64,000 nucleotides of DNA from an uncultured Nitrososphaerales archaeon (GCA_963709405.1 CAVPXM010000013.1:32001-96000), one strand, 5' to 3'; counted from the first letter of the stretch, positions 12,341-22,388 are shown. A program made the numbers and translations. The notes: a model not told the origin generated them from the letters alone.

Positions 12341-14150
12341 CTATTCTAACTTTCCTTCTGTTAATGGTCCTATTGGAATCTGCTCTCTTCTTAGTTTGAG
12401 TTTATTGAATATATCTGCAGATGATTGCTGTGGTGCTGTCTCCTCCTCTTTTATTTCTATACCAATCTCACTCTTTATTACGTCTCTTCCTTCTCTTGCA
12501 CCGATGAGTATTATCTGTGCATTTTGATAGTCTATGAATTTTGTATCTTTGGAAAGAGACACAAACCTTACAGCTTCATCAAATTCATTTAAGAGCCTAT
12601 CCCAAAATTCGATACGATTATAGCTCGATGTTGCTTTTGCTAAAGTATGGCCTGTATCCAGAAGAAGAATGAGAAAGAGGATGATAAAAAGGATAATCGC
12701 ACCATCATAACCATTCCAGATGAATTGTGGGATGAGATTAAAGTAATTTTACCCAGAGAGAAACCACTCAAAACAGTGGGTCGGCCAATTGTACCATACA
12801 GAAGGGTACTTGATGGAGTTTTATACATCCTTAGAACTGGGTGCCAATGGAAGATGCTACCCAAAGAGTATGGATCGGGTTCCACATGCCATAGAAGGTT
12901 TCAGGAATGGAATAAACTGGATGTTTTCAAAAAGACATGGGTTCGATTACTGAAAATATATGATCGAATCATTGGTATCAACTGGACATGGCAATCAATC
13001 GATAGTATGGCAATCAATCGATAGTATATCCATAAAATCGCCTTTAGGGGGGCGATGACCGGAAATAATCCCACGGACAGGAGCAAACTGGGCACAAAAA
13101 GACACATTTTAACAGACAAAGAAGGTATACCGCTTTCGGCGGTCATTTCATCTGCTAGTACCCATGACATTAAACTGGTAATAGATATGGTTGATAATTC
13201 AGTTATTAAAAAGCCGTCATCATCATCCAAACCGAAATCAAGAAGAAAGGGAAGAAGGAGAAGGTTACAACATCTATGTCTTGACAAAGCATATAATTCC
13301 ACACAAGAAGAACAGGAACTAATCAGGCGGGGATATGTTACTGCACATTAGTCCCAAAAGAAAGAAGGGTGAAAAAGAGGAGGAGGTCAAGACGGAAACG
13401 CAACCTTCCTTAAACCGGAAAAAACATTCTGCAAAAAGATGGGTTGTGGAAAGGACAAACTCATGGCACAACAGGTTCAGAAAACTGTTCACACGGTATG
13501 AAAAGAAGGCAGAGAACTACCTTGGACTGGTACAGTTCTCCTGTTTTATGATCATCTGTAGAAAGATAATTTTGGGATAGGTTCTAAGACTTCTTGTGGA
13601 TATTTTGGAGGTTCTTCTGTACTAGGAAGATTTGTTGGTCTTGCTATTTTGGGATTCATTACCGAAATAACATAACTTGCTTCTTTTTCTATACCTAATT
13701 CTTTTTGAGCTTCTCCTGGCTCTTTTGGCATTTCAAGGACGTAGGCTAATTCTGTATGATTTTGATGCTTTACAATAGCATACTTTCCTTCTCCAACTGG
13801 TCTTGCAGCATCACCTCTTCTAAATTCATCCGATGAAAGCGCCTTTGTAAGCTCATTGGTATCTTTAAAAATACCACAAACTCTGGCCCAATACCGTTCA
13901 GATGCTCTAGCTTCAGTCTTTCTGTCTTCGGGAAGTGATTTTTTGCCTATAATAAAAAGCCTGTATAGCTGGCTCTATTCTGCTCGGGTGCAGTTACCAT
14001 AAAGAAGCGTCGAACATCCTCAATACCCTTTACCTCTTCAGCAGCTTCTTTGGCCTATAGAAAAAGTATATGTCGCCTTGCTCTAGAATTTCAGCTTCAT
14101 TATTATTGTCGTTAACCTGCTTTCCTTGTTCTTCTTGTTGATTCACCTCA
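12341..14150 (-). pseudogene. Conserved hypothetical protein interrupted by IS5
   Basis: Removing the IS restores YPQEVL/NEFDEAVRFVSLSK; upstream part GDIYFFYRPK...ARPVGEGKYAIV...HTELAYVLEMP has extra frameshifts. Confidence 0.7.
12593..13584 (+). mobile_element. IS5-family element; transposase inactivated
   Basis: IRs GAGCCTATCCCAAAATT / AATTTTGGGATAGGTTC, TAA TSD; RTGCQW, LDKAY and RWVVERT motifs; 19-bp tandem duplication at 12988-13025. Confidence 0.93.
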
Positions 14151-14379
14151 ATCTAGCTCTCCTAATTTATTAAAAGCGACAAATTACATTCTTCACAAAA
14201 GTAGTATAGCCTATCAAAATCATATGACAGCGTCATTATATCGTAGCGCGAGGACATTCTATCTCTGTCTCTATTTCTGGTGATTCCCCCCTCACGTTGC
14301 AAAGTCTGTTGCTGTAAAGCAAGCTCCTTGCTCATACTAAAACTCCTGTTATCATCATCCTTATTATAGTCTGAAACAC

Positions 14380-14459
14380 GGAGCGGGAAGGGAGAGAGTG
14401 GTATAGTACTGAGTGCGTTCGGTACTATACCAACATGCTATCCTCTCTCTCCCCGCCCC
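14380..14459. repeat. Nested inverted repeat/hairpin upstream of radA copy A
   Basis: Inner stem TGGTATAGTACTGA / TCGGTACTATACCA; outer purine/pyrimidine arms GCGGGAAGGGAGAGAG / CTCTCTCTCCCCGC. Confidence 0.8.
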
Positions 14460-14475
14460 ATAGTATCTAGCCTCG

Positions 14476-14510
14476 TTATATATCAGTCAAAGTAGATCAT
14501 GCATCAAGTC
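14476..14510 (+). promoter_or_regulatory. Putative TATA box and palindromic element of operon A
   Basis: TTATATAT 45 bp before the ATG, then ATGCATCAAG; the same layout occurs upstream of copy B. Confidence 0.55.
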
Positions 14511-14520
14511 AATAAAAATT

Positions 14521-15528
14521 ATGTCTCATGTCAGCGATCTACAGCTAGATGATATACCGGGAGTACAGCCACATCTAATAAGTAAGCTGAGACAAGCTGG
14601 TATCCAGTCAGTCCTTGATCTAGCTGTATCTGTCCCCCAGGAGCTTGCTGCAGGCGGAGAAGGTACCATAATTTCCGCCGATACAGAAGTCATATCAGAA
14701 TTGGTATTGAAAGCCAAAAAGGCTCTAATTGACTCGGGGGCACTTATCAAAGAATTCTCTACTGCTGACCAAGTGTTAGAGAGAAGAAAATCTCTTGTCA
14801 GATTTACCACAGGTTCTAAAAACCTTGATGACTTTTTGAAAGGAGGAGTAGAATCCCAAGCTATAACAGAACTCGCTGGAGAATTTGGTTCAGGAAAGAG
14901 CCAAATATGTCATGCGTTATGCGTTACTGCTGCTAAAGGAACTAGGGGTCAAATTAACAGTATAATATTTGTAGATACTGAGAATACTTTTCGACCAGAA
15001 AGGATTCACCAAATAGCTGAGGCCAGGGGGCTTGATTCAGACGAAATAATGAAAAAAGTGTTTGTGTGTAAAATAGTTAATAGTGCTCAGCTAGAAGCCC
15101 TGATAAGAAACCTTGGCAAGTCAATTGAAGAGTATGAAGCTAGACTTGTTATTGTTGACAGTATTATCTCACTTCACAGAGCAGAGTATTCTGGCAGAGA
15201 AACACTAGCTGAAAGACAGCAGAGACTTAATGTCATGTTGCATAAACTCATTCGCTTAGCAGAGATATACAATATAGCCGTAGTGCTGACAAATCAAGTT
15301 CAATCCTCGCCGGATAATACCTATTCATTGAGAGCTACTGGCGGCAATATTATGGGCCATGCATGTACCTACAGAATTTTCCTAAGAAAGATCGGGCGAG
15401 ATAGAATGGCAATAATGGTTGATTCCCCACACCATGCATACGACCAAGTTAAATTTACAATAACTGAGAAAGGGGTAGAAAATAGTGAAGCAAAAATAGC
15501 AATAGAAGGTAGCGAATCAGGGTGGTAG
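14521..15528 (+). CDS. radA: RadA/Rad51-family recombinase paralog, copy A
   Basis: N-terminal HhH (IPGV), Walker A GEFGSGKSQ, DTENTFRPER, Walker B LVIVDS, GGNIMGH. Confidence 0.92.
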   Translation: MSHVSDLQLDDIPGVQPHLISKLRQAGIQSVLDLAVSVPQELAAGGEGTIISADTEVISELVLKAKKALIDSGALIKEFSTADQVLERRKSLVRFTTGSKNLDDFLKGGVESQAITELAGEFGSGKSQICHALCVTAAKGTRGQINSIIFVDTENTFRPERIHQIAEARGLDSDEIMKKVFVCKIVNSAQLEALIRNLGKSIEEYEARLVIVDSIISLHRAEYSGRETLAERQQRLNVMLHKLIRLAEIYNIAVVLTNQVQSSPDNTYSLRATGGNIMGHACTYRIFLRKIGRDRMAIMVDSPHHAYDQVKFTITEKGVENSEAKIAIEGSESGW

Positions 15529-15532
15529 TGGT

Positions 15533-17281
15533 ATGAGCCCTAACGAAATACTTTATCCTGACCCACATATAATTCCAGTACCACCTTCACCATCTTACCA
15601 ACAACCAATACCTCTCGTGACACTATCTGAGCTAATTCCAGGCAAGTATGTATCTACAACAGCAAGAATTGTTTACGTCAAGACTGTGGAAAGACAGGAT
15701 GCTCTTGGAAGCAAAACAATTTTTTCTGGAATATTAGAAGATTCTACTTTCAAGGTTCCTTTTATTAGCCACAAAATTTCATATCCTCTGATAAGAAATT
15801 CTATTTATAAGTTCAATTCTTCATACGTACATGAATTTCCTGTTGATAAATCTCTATTACTTGTACTGACTGAACATACAAAGATTGACTCAAAGAACGT
15901 TGAAGATTATAGAGATTTCATTTGGAGTCCAAAGATAGAATCAATAAAAAGACCAGTTAGAAGTGTTAGTTTGAACGGAATAATAACTACTGTACATAAC
16001 AATTCTGGGCTTATTAAAAGATGCAACAAATGTAAATCAATAATTTATGATACTTGTCCAAACAAATGTCCTTTAGATCAAGGCTGGGGTTGGGACCTAA
16101 GAGTTTCTTCTAGAGTGTATGATGGCTCAGGCTCAATTAAGATGGTTTTGACTAAAGACATAGCATCAAGAGTTTTGCATAGAAACCTAAGTGAGCTAAT
16201 TTTACTTGCATCACAGGATAAACCCCTGACGCAGAACATACAACAGCAATCGTCCTCTGTAAAAATAAAAATTCCAGAGAGTATAGAAATAATAGAGGCG
16301 GTAACAGAGAACACATCCTCTTCCTACAGAAGTAATGGAAAACTTATTGTAACTGACGGAAGAAACCTAGTTTTCTTTCCCTCAGAATTGGAAGAAGAGG
16401 AAGCACACAAGTTCTCAGAGCATGTCAAAAGACTACTAAAGACTTCCGACGTAGAAGATAGAAAGATAATCAGAAAGCTGATTGAAAAAGCACTTGACAT
16501 TAGCATCAAAAAAGTAACGAGTATGAGAATGATGCAGGGAATTTATCTTCTAGAAGAACCAATTTCCTTGTATAGATGTGAAAGGGCAAAACTATACCTT
16601 GGATTTTCTATTAGAGTGAGTTTGATAGATGACGGTATAGTCACAGTCGAAGCAACCCCCCAAGCCTACGTCAGAGAAAGTGTACTTGATTATGTTAAAC
16701 TAAGAAGAGAAAGAGGGGCAACTGCAAATGCCGTAGTACGTAATTTGTTGACATATAGAAACAAGGTAATAGTTGCACCATCTGGAAATTACGGCTGTAT
16801 TGTCGATGTCGTTGCCAAAAAGGCGGGGAACCAACAGGTATCTAACACTGACAATAGGAATTTGGTAGAATTCTGGAAACAAGTATACGGTATTGAGATT
16901 TCACCTGATGAAATTCCTCTACTAAAAGTAAAGATGATGAATTCTGAAAATGTTTTTACTTATCCCCCTAGTATGTCCTTTTTTGGTAATGATTCTTTAC
17001 TTATTTACGCAAATGTCCAGAGATTTATTGAAAATAAAAAATATAACCTAAAAGCAAAAATGGAAGATGTTGTCAGAGAAATACTACAGCAAGATCTAGC
17101 TATTGGCTCCGTAAAGCTAGAAGTAGAGGGATTAGCTGCTTCCCAACATTCGGATGTACAAAGCCAGCTCCTGCATGAAATAAGACAAAAATTGTTTGGA
17201 AGGAATGCTACAGCAAGAGGCTCAATTATGTTTGTACACGATGAGCTATGGTTTTTTCCTAATCAGATACAGCTTTTATAA
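15533..17281 (+). CDS. RPA-like OB-fold/Zn-finger protein with an inserted Argonaute N-L1-PAZ-L2-like module, copy A
   Basis: OB1 (SGILEDSTFKVPF); Zn-OB (SGLIKRCNKC..CPNKC..DLRV..YDGSG); PAZ-like LVEFWKQVYGIEISPDEIPLLKVK...YPPS; OB completed by LFGRNATARG at the C-terminus. Confidence 0.75.
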   Translation: MSPNEILYPDPHIIPVPPSPSYQQPIPLVTLSELIPGKYVSTTARIVYVKTVERQDALGSKTIFSGILEDSTFKVPFISHKISYPLIRNSIYKFNSSYVHEFPVDKSLLLVLTEHTKIDSKNVEDYRDFIWSPKIESIKRPVRSVSLNGIITTVHNNSGLIKRCNKCKSIIYDTCPNKCPLDQGWGWDLRVSSRVYDGSGSIKMVLTKDIASRVLHRNLSELILLASQDKPLTQNIQQQSSSVKIKIPESIEIIEAVTENTSSSYRSNGKLIVTDGRNLVFFPSELEEEEAHKFSEHVKRLLKTSDVEDRKIIRKLIEKALDISIKKVTSMRMMQGIYLLEEPISLYRCERAKLYLGFSIRVSLIDDGIVTVEATPQAYVRESVLDYVKLRRERGATANAVVRNLLTYRNKVIVAPSGNYGCIVDVVAKKAGNQQVSNTDNRNLVEFWKQVYGIEISPDEIPLLKVKMMNSENVFTYPPSMSFFGNDSLLIYANVQRFIENKKYNLKAKMEDVVREILQQDLAIGSVKLEVEGLAASQHSDVQSQLLHEIRQKLFGRNATARGSIMFVHDELWFFPNQIQLL

Positions 17282-17282
17282 T

Positions 17283-18072
17283 ATGTCATTTAACATGCAT
17301 TCTGCGTTAGAGCAATTCAATGAACATAGAAACACTTTGAAGATGACAACGGGATCTGCAGACCTTGACTCACTTATAGATGGTATACAGGAAGGTCTAT
17401 TCTATCTGTTTTATGGCAATAATCGCTTGGCTCTAGATGCACTAGTCTATACATTTCTTGTCAACTGTGTGCTGCCAATAAAACAAAGATATGGCTTTGA
17501 GTCAATGGCAGTTTGTCTTAATAATGTAGATTATTGTGATCAAAGAAAGACAGCTGCACTAAGCCCAGAGAAAATAGGAGTTGGCAGCAAAATGTGCTAA
17601 TATAGACCCAAAGATTATTTTTAAGAACCTATATGTTCACCCCGCATATAACCAGCAGCATCAACTAACGGTAGCAGAGCAAGTTGCTGACCTAATAGAA
17701 TCTAACAATGACATAAACCTGCTGGTAGTGAATAACATAACGAAATTCTTCCGCGAATCAAAAAATAAAATGGAAACTGCCAATATTCTAAAGGAAGTAG
17801 TAGGGATAATTAGCAGGGCCCGTACCAAAAACAAAGTGGCTGTGGCGTGTACTGGAGATGCAAATACAACGGCCAAAGGAATAATACCACGACCAATTGG
17901 TGGTATATACTTAAAACATACAGCAAATGTAATTGTACATTTCAAAGAATTCTCCAAGACCTCCGGTATCCCTTCATTTAAGGCCACGCTAATAAAGCAT
18001 CAATACACAAAGACTCCAAAATCTGCAGTTATGTATGTAAGAAAAGCTGGGGGAATGATGCTTTTAGATTGA
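17283..18072 (+). CDS. Inactivated RadA-like ATPase (iRadA), +1 frameshift near 17582, copy A
   Basis: TTGSADLDSLIDG start; Walker A lacks GK(S/T); Walker B LLVVNN; PIGGIYLKHTA. Confidence 0.75.
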
Positions 18073-18085
18073 GAGGTGTTGGAAA

Positions 18086-18445
18086 ATGGGCAGAATAACA
18101 CCATCATTTCGTCAATTGTATGAAGAAATAATATCAGAGCTAAGAACAGAGCTGCAGGCAGCGCTTGTAGATCTAGGCCACAAAAGTGCCTTTGACCTTC
18201 TGTTAAAAGAAGCCTGGAATCCGGAGCAGGCGGCTATGGGGAATTCTACGTTACCAACAGTAAGCGACAAACTTAACTTCATGGCATCTATCCATAATAG
18301 AAAACTAATTGCGGCATTATCAAGAGAATTAAAAGAAAAGGATTTGGAGATACAAGAACTCAGACAGAATATCAACTCGCTTGAAAATAAAATAAATGCT
18401 TTGGCTACTAAAACCAAACAAGTGGAAAAACAGGAGGTCCAATAA
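18086..18445 (+). CDS. PolB2-associated small helical protein (PPB2/arCOG07300-like), copy A
   Basis: MGRITPSFRQ N-terminus, helical/coiled-coil, directly upstream of polB. Confidence 0.75.
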   Translation: MGRITPSFRQLYEEIISELRTELQAALVDLGHKSAFDLLLKEAWNPEQAAMGNSTLPTVSDKLNFMASIHNRKLIAALSRELKEKDLEIQELRQNINSLENKINALATKTKQVEKQEVQ

Positions 18446-20637
18446 CGACGACCCGTTGCACTGGATGGCTTCTTGATGTATCTATTGACAACGATCATGC
18501 AATACTATGGATAAAGACCGAAGATGGACAAATCCTTAAACTAAGAGACTCATATCATCCAGGATTCTATATATTACCAAGAAACGAATCCGATGAATTA
18601 CATCTTTTTCAAATTCTATCTAGAGAAGAAGATATAACGGTAAGGGAGGAAAACAAGCTTACAAACCTTTTTGATAGTAGGAAGCAAACAAGACTAATTT
18701 ACGTACAATTACATTCCTTAAGATATTATCAATCTCTGCTAAAGAAGCTAGCTGAACATTCTCAAGTAAAGCAATTGTTCAATGCAGACCTTTTACACGT
18801 CCAACAATATCTCTTTACTAAATTAAAAATTGAACCTACAAGCAAAGTGAAGGTAGAATACAATGGATCAAAGCTACTTGGAGCAGATAAGGTTGATGAC
18901 ACCGATGATTTACATTCTCCCCCGTTTTCATTACTATATTTTGACCTTCATACGTATTCAGGAATACTTGCTTCAGATGACGCTATCAGGATGATTAAGG
19001 TAAGATATGAACAAAACGATGTCATATTTAATAATAGTGAAGAAAAGGTAATTTTGCAACAGTTCTCTGATTGTGTTCACGAAAAAAATCCTGACATTAT
19101 TGTTTGCATGGACAATTATGATGATGGTAAAGTGCTTCGGTATCTATTTGCCAGAGCAAAGAAGATTGGATTTCATTTGCTGCTTGGAAGGGATGCAGAA
19201 TTCAACGGAAGGATTTGCATCAGCAACAGTAGTTATAGAAAGACAACATACTTTGATGAATTCGGGTTTGCTGGATTAATAGAGCGAGCAAGATTTGGCT
19301 TTCTTCCTTTGGATTTGGCAGCCAAATATAGTATAAACCGTCTAATCGATGGCAGGAATTGTTTTGAACTAATTCAGAGAGAATTTATTATTCCTTCTAG
19401 GGGCAACAATCATGAGCATGTCAGAACTGTAGAGCAAATAATTTCAGGAGATAAGGGGGCTATGATAATTTCTCCGCAAATAGGTCTGCATGAAAATGTG
19501 CTTGCTTTAGACTATGATAGTGAATATGCAAATCTAATTGTAAACCACAATTTGAGCTATGAAACTGTTGGCGGGGAAACCATCCATCATCCAAAGAAAG
19601 GATTACTTCCTAGCATAGTTGAGCGATTCCTCAAAAGACGACTATATTTTAAAAAATTGTTAAAAGAAATACCCAGAGACAGTATAGAATCTGTATGGTG
19701 TGAGCAAAGAGTAAATTCACTAAAGAATATACTTGTTTGCCTTTATGGTTCAACTGGTTCTCTTTGGAATAGGTATGGAAATGTGCTTGCATTTGAGGAA
19801 ATCAATAGGCTATCTCGAGGAGTACTGATAAAAACAAAAGATATTGTACAATGGCTAGGTTATGAGCTAGTATATGCAGATACTGACTCTGTATTTATCA
19901 AGAGAACAGAATCTGCTAGAGATTATAATGAAGCTATAGGTACCCTTTCAAAGCAAACTGGTCTTTCAATATCAATTGACTACCATTACAAGTTTTTAGT
20001 TTTATTACCATTAGAAGCAGATGAAAGGATAGAAGTACTCAAACATTACTTTGGAATTACTTTTGACGGTGAGCTAGTGGTTAGAGGTATAGAGATAAGA
20101 AGACACGACGTCCCCGCTTTTATAAAGCAATTTCAAACCAACCTTCTTTATACGCTATTTGATTGCAAAGATTCATCTGAAATACTATCAAAAGGATATG
20201 AAAATGCTCTTTTACTTGTCACTCAAGCGATTGATGCGATCATGACGGGGGAAGGGATTGATGATAAAGATCTTGTAATCTCCAAGTTGCTGAGACAGGA
20301 TATACAAAAATACAAGAGTTTATTCCCCCATGTGTCTGCGGCTATTCAACTAAAAAAGTATCCTCTAAAAGGTGACACAATTCAGTATATTTACACAGAT
20401 TCAAAGCATAACAATCCTCTTTGTAGAGTAGTTCCTATAGAAAATACTAAATCTCTGCCCCAGGACGATAAAGAAAAGTACAAAGAAATGATACTTGATG
20501 CTGCAGAAACAGTTCTAGGATTTTTTGGCTTTGATAGGACTGTTTACAGCAATTTCAAGAGGAATACGAGAAGAAAAAAGTGGTATGAAGAATTAAGAGA
20601 ACAGAGAGTAAGTGACATAGAAACGGAGATGCTTTGA
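18445..20637 (+). CDS. polB2: Family B DNA polymerase, PolB2 group, copy A (probable ACG start)
   Basis: Motifs DYDSEY, KNILVCLYG and YADTDS; the frame is open from 18445 and matches the N-terminus of copy B (GWLLDVSID). Confidence 0.88.
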   Translation, partial: TTTRCTGWLLDVSIDNDHAILWIKTEDGQILKLRDSYHPGFYILPRNESDELHLFQILSREEDITVREENKLTNLFDSRKQTRLIYVQLHSLRYYQSLLKKLAEHSQVKQLFNADLLHVQQYLFTKLKIEPTSKVKVEYNGSKLLGADKVDDTDDLHSPPFSLLYFDLHTYSGILASDDAIRMIKVRYEQNDVIFNNSEEKVILQQFSDCVHEKNPDIIVCMDNYDDGKVLRYLFARAKKIGFHLLLGRDAEFNGRICISNSSYRKTTYFDEFGFAGLIERARFGFLPLDLAAKYSINRLIDGRNCFELIQREFIIPSRGNNHEHVRTVEQIISGDKGAMIISPQIGLHENVLALDYDSEYANLIVNHNLSYETVGGETIHHPKKGLLPSIVERFLKRRLYFKKLLKEIPRDSIESVWCEQRVNSLKNILVCLYGSTGSLWNRYGNVLAFEEINRLSRGVLIKTKDIVQWLGYELVYADTDSVFIKRTESARDYNEAIGTLSKQTGLSISIDYHYKFLVLLPLEADERIEVLKHYFGITFDGELVVRGIEIRRHDVPAFIKQFQTNLLYTLFDCKDSSEILSKGYENALLLVTQAIDAIMTGEGIDDKDLVISKLLRQDIQKYKSLFPHVSAAIQLKKYPLKGDTIQYIYTDSKHNNPLCRVVPIENTKSLPQDDKEKYKEMILDAAETVLGFFGFDRTVYSNFKRNTRRKKWYEELREQRVSDIETEML

Positions 20638-20799
20638 TGAAGACAAAAGGAGTTCTCGTGTATATTTCATACATATGAGCTTATCCTATGTATCTGATAA
20701 GTATCCTTAATTGAATCATCATATAAAAAATATCATAAAGGCATTAGAATAACCAAGGACAAAATTAAGAAATATGCTTTTGCCTATGTGCAGTTAATA

Positions 20800-21280
20800 A
20801 ATTAAGATATATCTTTCAATCAGGTTGGTTCGACTTAAATCTTCAACTGAAATAGCTCCCTAGAGTCACCTTGATACCACGAGCTGTAACTTCTACTGCG
20901 TATCTGAATTTTTTGTCTAATTCAGGTATGATATCTCTCAAACTATTCATACCTTCAACTATACCTGTCGAGGGTGGTAACTATATCAATAATGCTAAAA
21001 TTTTGTCTTCAAGGTTAGCTATAGAAGAAAAGAACAATTTCAGTTCTCTTTCTACATCTTTTAGCCTTTTATCATGAGTTATGACTCTTGGAAATTTGGC
21101 AGCAAATCTAAAATGGTCAGGAGTCTTTTTGCACCAATTCTTACCATAAATTCGTTAGGAATCCTGTAGAAAGAAGAATCAATTTCGACAAAATCAAATA
21201 CTTGAGAATAATAACTTAACCACTTGGAATTTTCCAGATTGAGAGGATAAAATGGTCCTTGCCATGCTGAATAACATAAT
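20800..21280 (-). pseudogene. DUF72 (YecE-like) family remnant
   Basis: WQGPFYP, LSYYSQVFDFVEIDSSFY, F.AKFPRVITH, LPPS and YAVEV, with frameshift and stops. Confidence 0.8.
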
Positions 21281-21582
21281 ACGTCGTTTACAGAAAAGAC
21301 AATGCACAGTTCGTTCCCATGAATCGATAACTGACAAGTTACTGTAGTATAATACATCATATCTAAGCTATATGTAGCGCAAATCGAGAGCAATTAGAAT
21401 ACAACATTTAATATCCGACCAGGACGCAACTGTTATACTTCAAGCCGATCTCGAATCCTAGAAGTACATCTTATATAATTTATTCCTGTAGTAGGTCTTA
21501 TGGAAGGTGTAAAGAATCATGCATTTATTAGAAATATAGTCTATGGAACACTGCTTTTCCGCCGACAAGAAGGAGAGAAACA

Positions 21583-22388
21583 ATGACCGACCACAAGATC
21601 GGAACACGTGAAGAGTGGCTTGCGGCCAGGCTAGATCTGCTAAAGGCCGAGAAGGAGCTGACGCGACGTAGCGACGAACTGGCGCAGTGGCGGCAGAGGC
21701 TGCCGTGGGTTCGAATTGATAAGGAATACCGTTTCGAGACCGACGAGGGCACCGCGTCCCTAGCCGATCTCTTCAGAGGACGTTCGCAGCTCCTCGTCTA
21801 TCACTTCATGTTCGGCCCCGAGTACACAGGCGGACTGCCCGGCGTGCTCGGCCATCGCGGACGGCTTCAACGGTTTTGCTGTGCATCTCGAACACCACGA
21901 CGTCGCGATGATCGGGGTCTCACGTGCTCCGATCGCCGCGTTGCAGGCCTACAAGCGCCGCATGGGCTGGACGTTCAGGTGGGCCTCGTCGCTGGATAGC
22001 GATTTCAACTATGACTTCAACACGTCGTTCACAGAAGAGCAGCGAGCTCTCCGGCAACCTGTACTATAACTACCACAAGGGTGGCATAACCTCAGGTTCG
22101 GAGGCCGGCTCAGAGGGCAGTCAAGACCGGCGTCAAGCTGATTTGGCGCTGACGCCAAAAGTGTTCGCTGCCATGACCGGAACCGACATCCCCACTTACA
22201 CTCGCGAGGCGCCGGGCATGAGCGCGTTCGCGCTCTCCGACGGCGTCGTCTACCACACCTACTCCACCTACGCTCGCGGTCTCGACGCACTCTGGGGAAT
22301 GTACCAGTGGCTTGACCGCGCACCGAAGGGGCGTAATGAAACTGGGCCATGGTTTCGGCGGCACGACGAGTACACGGAGAATAGCTAA
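21583..22388 (+). pseudogene. DUF899 thioredoxin-like protein, GC-rich, two frameshifts
   Basis: REEWLAARLDLLKAEKELTR, LFRGRSQLLVYHFMFGP, YHTYSTYARG, LDRAPKGRNE, spread over three frames. Confidence 0.88.

Noticed and set aside
15533-17281. Complete prokaryotic Argonaute defence system
   Set aside because: No MID or PIWI domain or catalytic tetrad was recognised in this protein or elsewhere in the window; the context is DNA repair.
17196-17282. Upstream TTG start for iRadA given in the ORF track
   Set aside because: It overlaps the RPA gene; ATG 17283 fits the copy B alignment better.
14000-21000. Casposon or self-synthesising element around PolB
   Set aside because: No Cas1, no protein-primed PolB features and no terminal inverted repeats were seen.
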